Positions 54,636 through 64,000 of a stretch of 64,000 bases of DNA are shown here, piece by piece. Numbering within the stretch: the stretch's first letter is position 1; each line of letters begins with the position of its first letter. A program made the position numbers and the translations under genes. This DNA is from Eledone cirrhosa. Its lineage: Eukaryota. The notes beneath the pieces are model-generated. The model made no database searches and was not told the origin of the DNA. It saw nothing but the letters and a program-made list of their open reading frames with translations. The stretch covers positions 25,854,001 to 25,918,000 of the forward strand of contig OZ024755.1 in the NCBI GenBank assembly GCA_964016885.1, read 5' to 3'.

Positions 54636-54830
54636 CACTCACAAGCAGTGCTGAAAACGTAACCCAGTTCAACCTGTCACATAGTCGGGTCATCGGCAAT
54701 TAAGCCAGTAACCCCACCAAGCTTGCTTGCTCAGTGAGGAGAGTGATTTTTGGACACCCAGCGAGATGAAAAACAAAAAACCTGTCAAATGATGAAGGAA
54801 ATCGTAAGAATCAATGGGAATCCAATAATA

Positions 54831-54891
<61 letters not shown>

Positions 54892-55584
54892 TGTGTGTTT
54901 GTGACTGTATGTATGGATATAGGAGCATGTGTATACATATATGCAGGTTGGTGTTTTAGTGAGCAGTAAGCCCACTGGGAGTGTGAGACCCCTGATCCCT
55001 GTTAGGATATCTCTCTAAGAGAACGAAACTCTGATGTAAAAGCTGCGGCTCAATAGTAATTGGTGATGTTGATCTGTTCTTTTTGGATTATAGCTATTGT
55101 TGCTCAGTGAGTGGGATTGGTCCATTGCAAGGCCTTTCCTCACTATAAAAAGCTTCATGCACAGGCATCACTCAATATCGTAAGATCTTTGAATGATGTG
55201 AATGGCTGGCTGTAACCTTAAAATGTGACCTTATCATTGAATGCTCATAACAGTATTGCCAGAAGAGGCCAAGAATGTCATGGCGAGTTCAGGAATTGAA
55301 CTCATGACCTTAAAATGATAAGTCAAACACCCTAAACCACAGAATTACTATTATAAAATAATATATCAGAAGTGAACAAAAGAGGATAAGTCTGCTTTAA
55401 TAACCAACTACATTCTACCAGAATGCAGTTGAGTTTTTTTTTTCCCATTTTTGGAGGGTGAATTAAATAAATAAAATTAACAACAACAGTAACAACAACA
55501 GCAAGCTGCAACATCACACATAAGTCCATTTGTATTGTCCAATATATACACCTCCTGGTCACTTTGGTAGGCTTTGGTGATAGT

Positions 55585-55693
55585 TTAAGCAAAGTACATG
55601 ACCTTAATGGTGTCAGGGTGAACTGCAATTTCATTAGACATTGATGTTGGTGTCCGTTCCTCTTGAGATGTTGACTGGTGGCTGCCTTCACCG
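55585..55693 (-). CDS. AGO2: Argonaute last coding exon ([16 protein letters not shown]...TIKVMYFA*)
   Basis: Canonical AGO C-terminus MYFA then TAA. Confidence 0.95.
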
Positions 55694-58191
55694 CTGAAAC
55701 AATAAACAAACAGACATTTGCTGTGGCTACCTTCACTGTTACAGTGACAGACAGATTCACAATGGAGATGGGCCACTATCTAGACCAGTGTTTCTCAACG
55801 TTTGATATGGTACTTCAGGATGGGAGCATATACACTATACTATATACCATACTACACATAATACTATGTAGTATAGTATATATTATACAATACATAATGC
55901 TATACACTATTCTATGTACTATACTATACACTATATGCTGTGCTATATACTACACTATACATTATACTATATACCATGCTAGATACTATACTATACACAA
56001 TGTTATATACTATATCATATATTACACAGGTGGTGGATTGGCAGTATCGGTAGAGAGTCTGACGCCATGCTTTGCAGCAAAGAGTTACAACCCTTTATGG
56101 TCTGAGTTCAAATCCCGCCAAGGTTAACTTTGCCTTTCATCCTTATGAGTTGATTAGTACCAGTAATGCACTGGGTAATTGCTGGCTTTGTGCCAAAAGT
56201 AGAAACAATTATATATTACACTATATGCTATGCTACATACTATACTATATACACTATGCTATATACTACATTATATGCCATGCTACACACTATACTATAT
56301 ACTGTATTATAAACTACATTATATGCTATATACTAACTTTGTCCGATCATGGCAAAGTACACATTGGGGGGAGGGGGGGGGGAGCAAAAGTGGTGAGAAA
56401 TACTGCCCTAGTCAATCACATTGACCTAGTAAATTACTGGTACTTATTTTATCAAGCTTAGAAGAATGAAAGCCAGAATTAATTGTGATTAACCCTTTAG
56501 CATTTACATTTACATTATATATACTATGGTATTTTCGTGGTAAAGGCTTTGTCTTACATAATTATCTCACATAATATTGAATCTATGAGGTTTTGATGTT
56601 ATTTATTTTGCGAACAATACCTTAATATCAGTATGAGCAGCCAGTTATCACCGGTTTGAACAGAAAAAAGTGAGAGAATTCTGGCCGGATATGGCCGGTT
56701 TAAATGCTAAAGAGTTAAGGAGTTTATTTGTAATCACATAGTTTCAGCTTCAATCCCACTGAAGGGGATACTGGACAGGTATCTCCTACTACAGCTTGAC
56801 CAGTTGGCTTCTGAGAGGAATTTGGTGGACGGAAACTGTGTTATTTAAGTATTGATCTGTGTGTGTTTGTTTATATCCTGTAACTTAGCAATTTGACAAA
56901 AAGATCGATAAAAGATCAATATGAAAAGATAAATATTGGGGTTGATAAATAATCAACTAAATCTCTTCAACACAGTGTCCCAGCATGGCCACAGTCTAAT
57001 GACTGAAACCAATAAAATAAGTACTGAGGTTGAAATAATCAACTAAATAGATTCTGGCAGTGCTCCAGCATGGCCACAGTTTAACAGCTAAAATCAGTAA
57101 AATAAGTACTGGGTTGATATAATTATCTAAATCCCTTCATACTGTGCTCCAGAATGGCCACAGTAATAAATACCAGGGTTGATATAATCAACTAAATCCT
57201 TTCAAGACAGTGCCCCGGCATGGCCACAGTCTAATGACTGAAACCAGTAAAAGAGTAGGAAGAGAGTGGAAGGAAGATGTAATATTTACCTGTCGTGGTC
57301 TTTCTCAACCAGGTGGTAACGAGCTCTGAAAGCTACCAGGTGGGCATAGTATGCTGGTGCTGGTATCGACACACTTCGAGTGCATCGAGCATATGTATGG
57401 CACAGTTGATATGTCAATGTCTGCAGTTCATCTGCATTAAATCTGTTGTCATCCCAGAGAACATGGTAATGTGATGGTCGACTTGTCCCCTAGAGAGATA
57501 GAGTGAGAGGTAGAGAGAAAGTGAGAGATTGAGTGGTAGGGCGATAGAGGGAGGTCGGGAATAATGGGAGATAGAGGGAGGTCGGGAATAATGGGAGATA
57601 GAGAGAGGTAAAAGCAGTAGAAAGAGATAAATAGAAATAGGTATAATGATAGAGAAACAGCAACGTTCTCAAATGTACTGGCCACTCTGTGATATAGTCA
57701 GAGGAAAATAGAGAAAAATAAAAGTTTTTGTTACAAATATTTTTTTCTTTGATAGCAAGGCAACCCATATGTTTATTGTATATAAACATATAGAATATAT
57801 TTTCATAGACACCTCTATTATGCTTAAATTCTGTCTTAGTGCTACTGCAAATTATAATGTCTTGCCCGTATGAGCAAGACAAGGTCAGCTGACCAGGCAC
57901 TGCCCACAACAGGACAACCCATCTAACTCAGAATGGACGTAAAATGGTGATGGTGATGATATATATATTATAATTTGTATATATATATATATATATATAT
58001 AGGAAAAAGTATGCCCCGACGGCAGAGCTCAAGCCGTTTCAACGGCTATTTCTAGTCTAGAAATAGCCGTCGAAACGGCTTGAGCTCTGCCGTCGGGGGT
58101 CATACTTTTTCCTATTACCCACTCTACTACCCTAAGTATTGAGTACTCTGGTGCGTTATGGTCCATCTGGTTCCTTACCACAATTCCTTTG

Positions 58192-58250
<59 letters not shown>

Positions 58251-61200
58251 AAAAGAGTCAGGACCCCGACGGCTGAGCTCTGGTCGTTTCGACAGCTAGG
58301 TATATATTTGTGCCCTAAACTAGGAGGACACTCGCTGTTTCAATTGTTAAAATTTGTGAGTACTGCAACCTTTCATATGTTAATCAGTTAATACAATAAT
58401 TACATAATTTTCATAGCTTTAGGCTTCTGGCTGGGATGATCCAAACAAATTTGTTGAGTTAATTGTAAACAAGATCGAAATCACTGGATATCGATCTAAA
58501 CCCCTATTATCATATATATATATATATATATACACACACATATATAAATATATAAGATGGCGGTTAAACGATGATGATGATATGATGATGGTGATATATA
58601 TATTGTAAATAATACATTTAAAAATATCCTTATCGTAAATAATACATTTAAAAATATCCTTATCGTAGTTGTTTCTAATTAAACCATGGAATTAGCATGG
58701 GATCAGCTAATGTATATTAAAAAAAGAAAAGGCCCAAGACAGCAAAGGTGACATACATTACAAGAATTAATGAGAGTATTTAAATATAACCTACCTGGAT
58801 ACCTGTATGACTGCAAAGGTAGAAGTCAAATTCTGTTGGATGACAAATACCATGATCTACTGTAGTTCCAGCTGGGATATTGCCACTGCGACCAACCTTA
58901 CAAAATATAGAAACATATAGCATACATTATATATATATATATATATGAGGTGTGTCATAAAAGAAACAAGCCTGAGGTCATGAAAAAAAAAATCTTAATC
59001 CAAACTACAAATTTTCTTCTTCAAAATAATCCCCCTCGAGTTTAATGCACTTTCCCATTTTTCTCCCGTCATGCTGCCATGCACCCCTGGAAGGAATCTC
59101 TTAGGATTCTCAGCAGCTCTGTCATCACGGCCCTCTTGATGGCTCATTCACTTGGTCTCCGGGTCATACTTGAAGATCCAGTGATAACACTCCACAGCAA
59201 GTCTGGTTTAGTTTCATGATGGTCAAGGATGTACTGACACACCTGCATGTGTCGCTCCTTTTGGTCATTGTTCAGCACCATCTTCATGCAGATCTTCCAC
59301 ATGCCCAAATCTTCAGTGATAATCTTCCAAAATTTTCTACACTGGTTCATGCCCAGCTCAATTCTTATCAGTCAAACAGTCATCCGGTGATCACAACACA
59401 CCACCTGCCTGACTCGCACAACGTTGAAGGCCTTCCTCTCCTGGGGGTCATCTTTGAACCTTTTAAGCCACTCGAAAGCCCATGAGTGCAACATCGTCTC
59501 ATCTCTGAACACTTACTGCAGTATTCCAAGTGCTTCTGACGGAGTAATACTATACTATATATTTTCAACAGTAATACTATACTATATATTTTCAACAGTA
59601 ATACTATACTATATGATTTCAGCAGTAATACTATACTATATATTTTCAACAGTAATACTATACTATATATTTTCAGCAGTAATACTATACTATATGATTT
59701 CAGCAGTAATACTATACTATATATTTTCAACAGTAATACTATACTATATATTTTCAGCAGTAATACTATACTATATGATTTCAACAGTCATACTATACTA
59801 TACAATATATTTTCAACAGTAATACTATACTACACAGACGGTTTATCGTCTTTTTATCCAAGCAAAGCTAGGTACGTCAGCTATGTATATATATATCTGG
59901 ATGCCATAGAACACGCCAATGGTAGCCGGGCGGACCAGCTAGTATATAATATTTTGGACATTATTTATGGGATGACCTGATATATATATATATATATACA
60001 CAAAATACTCACCTGATCTTGTTCATTTGCACAGAATAACCTGGTGTGATGTCTCTTCTGTACTACAATAAAGGTAATTCCAGGTTGGTAAGCTAGATCT
60101 AGGTCAATACAAGCCTGCCGTACAGCTCTCAGTTCATAGCTCAGTACCTAGATAGTAAACAACACACATATATATATATATATATGAAAGAGTGGACGTA
60201 AAAACAATGATGATGATGTATATACAGGTAAAATTCCGTTATAACAAATTTTTCAGTTCCTGGCCACATGCTCAATGTGTTTCGGTCGATCTCGTTATAA
60301 AGAACTGGAAATTTGTAATAAATTGAAGTGAAAACCAACAGGTGTGTGTGTTTCCATTAGCAGAATGACCCTCACAAAGTATAGCAATATATATATATAT
60401 ATGGATGTAAAAAGGAAACAGAAATAATTAAGTAACAACACTTTACGTACAACTTCTTTCGCAAGTGTTTAATTAACACTTGAAATAATAGAAAAAGACT
60501 CAACGTTTTGGACACTAGTCCTTCATCAGAAGATAGAATGAGAAATAAAAGATGAAATAGAAAGATAGAGAGCAAGAAGAGGAAGGAACGGAAAAAAAAA
60601 ATTTGAGAAAAAAAACACATGTTCATATATAGCAGATGTTAAACGATAATGAAACATGAAGGTACGTGACTTAGTGGTGAAGGTGTTGACCTTAAAATTG
60701 TAATGTTGGTTCAATTCTTGGTGTGGGTGGCACATTGTATTTTTGAGCAAAACAATTTCACATTACTCTGATCCACTCAACAGATAATTATTAGGTGGAT
60801 TGGCAGTATCGGTAGAGGGTCGGACGCCATGCTTTGCAGCACAGTTACGTCCCTTTACGGATTCCGTTCAAATCCCGCCGAGGTTAACTTTGCCTTTCAT
60901 CCTTACGGGGTCGATAAAATAAAGTACCAGTAATACACTGGGATAATTGCTGGCCTTGTGCCAAAAGTAGAAACAATTATTACCAGCAGTAGCTGGAAGT
61001 TAACCTTGTGATGGACTGGTGTCCTGTCCCGGGGAAAATTTTGAACTCTCAATCACTTAACACATATGGAACAGGGACAAGCTCTGACCTAATGATCCTC
61101 AGAGCTTGGGACAGACTTTAACAATATATAATGTATAGGACAGCCCTCAGCTAATAACTCAGTACCTTGATGATGATGATAATGATGGAGGTGGTGGTGA

Positions 61201-63957
61201 TGATGGTGGTGGTGATGGGGATGGTGATGATGATGAACAAAGTGATTTACCTGCTGAAACTGCCCTTCACTAACACCATTTCTATAGAAGACAATTCGAG
61301 CTGGTTTAAACATGGTACATTTGTAAAACTCCATTAAAAGTTCCTTGACCATCAGGGCAAGTTCTTGGATGATTTCTTTTCTGTGTTCTTGGACACGAAC
61401 CGAAGCAGAGTAACGACTTGGGTGGCCATCCATACTACCAACAACCTGAAAAGGACACAATATACAAAAACTATTTAAACCTTTTTATGAAACCACCTGA
61501 AACAGACTTAGATTCTAGATTCTATGATGCAAAACTTTATTTTAAATTACCGTGTAGATTCTTATATAAGCTGAGAAAAATGTGACAAAAAAATTCAATG
61601 GTACAATGGAGGAGGGGAGTGGGGCTTTTATTCTAGGTCAATATTTTGCTGATATTTACCAGCTTCAAATTTCTATGTAAATGAGGTGCTAAAATATTTT
61701 TGCTTTGGAAGTAAATGTTACACTGCTTTCACTTTGGAGGTAAATGTTACATTGCTTTCACATAGGAGTTAACTATTAAACTGGTTTCACTTTTGACATG
61801 AAATTCATATTTCGTATTGTTTTTGATATGTTATGAATGAATATGGCCTTCAAAATGGTTGGAATTTGGTAAAAAAATTATTACATATTGGTGATAATGA
61901 TGATGATGGTCGTGGTGGTGATAATGATGATGATGATGGTAGTGGTTATTGGTGATGATGATGGTAGTGACGGTAAATGATAATGATGATGATGATGATA
62001 ATGATGATGATGGTGATAATGATCAAATATAACTCTAAGTAATGATTTTACCGCTGCAATGGAAGGTTTGCTAGCATCTCCCGCAGGCGGATGGGTAACA
62101 TCAGCTCCAATAAATATGACAGGTTCTCGAAATATGGCCGGTCTGTGACAAAGAAATAGAAACCACATGAGAGAAAGATTAGAAAATAAAAGAATATACA
62201 AGTTCAGCTGATAATATTTCATGGAAAATAGAACAAAGAAAATATATGACATTTGTGTGTCCCAAAATAAATGACCACAACAATGACTGATCCCTATAAA
62301 TAATAGTTGGGAAAACTAAGTAAAAAACCTCTAGGGATGAAAAAAGTCAGCAACTTTTTTTTATAAAAACAAAACAGGCAAGATTAAATATTTTACAGGT
62401 TTCAGTGGCCATGCTGGAGCACTATTCTTTTACTGGTTTCAGTCATTAGACTGTGGCCATGCTTCAGCACTGTTCTTTTACTGGTTTCAGTCAGACTGTG
62501 GCCATGCTGGGGCACTGTTCTTTTACTGTTTTCAGTCATTAGACTGTGACCATGCTGGGGTACTGTTCTTTTACAGGTTTCAGTCATTGAACTGTGGTTA
62601 TGGTGGGTGGGGCATCACACTCTTTTACTGGTGTCATGACAAAAAGTACCCAGTTCACCCTACAAAGTGCTCAGATGGACGTTAAACGATGATGATGATG
62701 ATGATGATGATTCACCATGTAAAGTGATTGATGTTAGAAAGGACATCCAGCCATAGAAACCAAGCCAAAAAAACATCATATGAGCAAAACTTAGTCACCT
62801 GACCAGTTTGGCCACATTAAGTGACAGCTTGTCAAACTCTTGCAAGCATGGAAAACAGTTAGGATTATCTAGCAATATTAACATCAAATTATAGTGTCTT
62901 ATCATCTTGTAATACTGAGTTTAAATCCCATATTCTATGGTCTCAGTTTAAAACCAGTATACCCTAATTGTCTTGGTCAATTTTTGCCATTGAATAGGAT
63001 AGATATCACAGCTAATGAATAACAGTCCATCCATCATGACAACCATCACACAAAGACAGACATCATCTTTATCCCTTCCCCTTTTTTTTTAATACTTAAT
63101 TTGGTTATTATCTTTTTTTTTATATTTTCATCATTGTATAACTTCTGTCTGTAAAATATAGTTGACATAATGTTTATGTCTAACAGATAACAAAATATTT
63201 CCATCACTGTATAACTTCTGTCTCTAAAATATAGTTGACATAATGTTTATGTCTAACAGATAACAAAATATTTCCATCACTGTATAACTTCTGTCTCTAA
63301 AATATAGTTGACATAATGTTTATGTCTAACAGATAACAAAATATTTCCATCATTGTATAACTTGTCTATAATATATAGTTGACATAATGTTTATGTCTAA
63401 CAGATAACAAAATATTTCCATCATTGTATAACTTCTGTCTGTAATATATAGTTGACATAATGTTTATGTCGAACAGATAACAAAGTATTTCCATCATTGT
63501 ATAACTTCTGTCTGTAATATATAGTTGACATAACGCGCAACCAGACAGCACCTAAGAAGATACCAACATGGACATGTCGCAACCAACGACAGAGGCCGAG
63601 ATTTCAGAGCTGCAGGCTATGATCAGAGGGCGGGCTGGTCAAATTAAAGCCCTCTCGAATCAAGTAGAGAACTTGACCTTTCAAACACACTGGTGACGCA
63701 GTATAACAGATAACAAAAAAAAAATTAGACATCTCTGTGAATTACAACATATTCTACTCTTCACAGATTTACTATAATGTTAACTGATGGAACTTACCGA
63801 ATACTTGGCAGCAAGATACTGTTGATGCCACCCAATTTGACATTTATCTTCAGACATAAATTGGAGAGAGTCTGTGGTGACGTCCGGGTGACATTTCTGG
63901 CTTGGACACATTGAGTTGCAAGGCCAAATGTGATGTCACCAACACGTTTAACTTCAG
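55585..63957 (-). CDS. AGO2: Argonaute (AGO clade, miRNA-type), 3' part: MID end plus PIWI domain; 7 exons, 5' end outside the window
   Basis: Spliced translation gives [120 protein letters not shown]. The exact orthologue (AGO1/AGO2 naming) cannot be resolved here. Confidence 0.95.
55825..56335. repeat. Low-complexity tactata repeat interrupted by SINE family 1 (56030-56212)
   Basis: Directly visible. Confidence 0.8.
56925..57255 (+). repeat. Tandemly repeated SINE 3' tail units (reverse-oriented array at 62395-62600)
   Basis: cagtgccccagcatggccacagtctaatgactgaaaccagtaaaa repeated. Confidence 0.75.
57290..57489 (-). CDS. AGO2: Argonaute exon ([15 protein letters not shown]...[19 protein letters not shown])
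   Basis: 200 nt; contains the catalytic His. Confidence 0.95.
58001..58113. repeat. Near-perfect palindrome of about 110 bp in an Argonaute intron
   Basis: aggaaaaagtatg.ccccgacggcagagctcaagccgtttc...gaaacggcttgagctctgccgtcgggg.catactttttcct. Confidence 0.9.
58795..58896 (-). CDS. AGO2: Argonaute exon ([34 protein letters not shown])
   Basis: 102 nt, aag acceptor and gtagg donor. Confidence 0.93.
58945..59545 (-). mobile_element. Degenerate mariner-type DNA transposon
   Basis: TA plus tgagg terminus; - strand remnants [34 protein letters not shown]. Confidence 0.75.
59543..59833. repeat. 27-bp minisatellite (CAGTAATACTATACTATATATTTTCAA), about 10 units
   Basis: Directly visible. Confidence 0.95.
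60013..60147 (-). CDS. AGO2: Argonaute exon ([13 protein letters not shown]...[17 protein letters not shown])
   Basis: 135 nt, tag acceptor and gtgag donor. Confidence 0.95.
60794..60982 (+). mobile_element. SINE family 1
   Basis: Matches the 20-210 element. Confidence 0.82.
61251..61445 (-). CDS. AGO2: Argonaute exon ([12 protein letters not shown]...[13 protein letters not shown])
   Basis: 195 nt, AG/GT borders. Confidence 0.95.
62052..62142 (-). CDS. AGO2: Argonaute exon ([30 protein letters not shown])
   Basis: 91 nt; contains the first catalytic Asp. Confidence 0.95.
63128..63533. repeat. 73-bp minisatellite, about 5.5 units
   Basis: Units start at about 63135, 63208, 63281 and onward. 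Confidence 0.93.
63798..63957 (-). CDS. AGO2: Argonaute exon ([19 protein letters not shown]...[13 protein letters not shown])
   Basis: 160 nt, tttcag acceptor and gtaag donor on the - strand. Confidence 0.95.
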
Positions 63958-64000
63958 CTGAAATAAAGACAAATCTGTATAAACTAGTAAGGTGTTGGTA

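Noticed and set aside
59380-59822. Hydrophobic repeat ORFs (IYSIVLLLK)n
   Set aside because: 27-bp minisatellite translation inside an intron
33850-63957. Functional linkage of MITD1 and Argonaute as a defence cluster
   Set aside because: Convergent genes 16 kb apart in a eukaryote; adjacency alone is not evidence without conserved synteny or co-expression

Overview
This is AT-rich, microsatellite- and retroelement-dense eukaryotic (animal) genomic DNA. The SINE/LINE families look cephalopod- or octopus-like, which is an inference from repeat style. It holds three protein-coding loci. Two are intact six-exon MITD1 paralogues on the + strand (6600-17648, 244 aa; 33850-39308, 245 aa), lying in a head-to-tail segmental duplication (unit A ~2090-30179, unit B 30180-51856). 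The third is the last seven exons of an AGO-clade Argonaute on the - strand (63957 to 55585), whose 5' part lies beyond the window. The rest is RTE, R4/Dong-like, CRE-like, CR1/L2-like and APE-LINE fragments, tRNA-derived SINEs, mariner and hAT remnants, Penelope-like palindromes and minisatellites. The most notable observations are: (1) the Argonaute encodes Asn (AAT) in place of the catalytic Asp of the RDG motif, one A-to-I edit away from restoring the slicer tetrad; (2) the MITD1 twins differ at 20 amino acids plus one codon indel against 4 synonymous changes, and copy A lacks a 1035-bp upstream segment; (3) an intronic palindrome carries a pair of minimal hammerhead-ribozyme motifs; (4) several satellites appear to be built from SINE heads and tails. 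All counts were made by eye and repeat boundaries are approximate.
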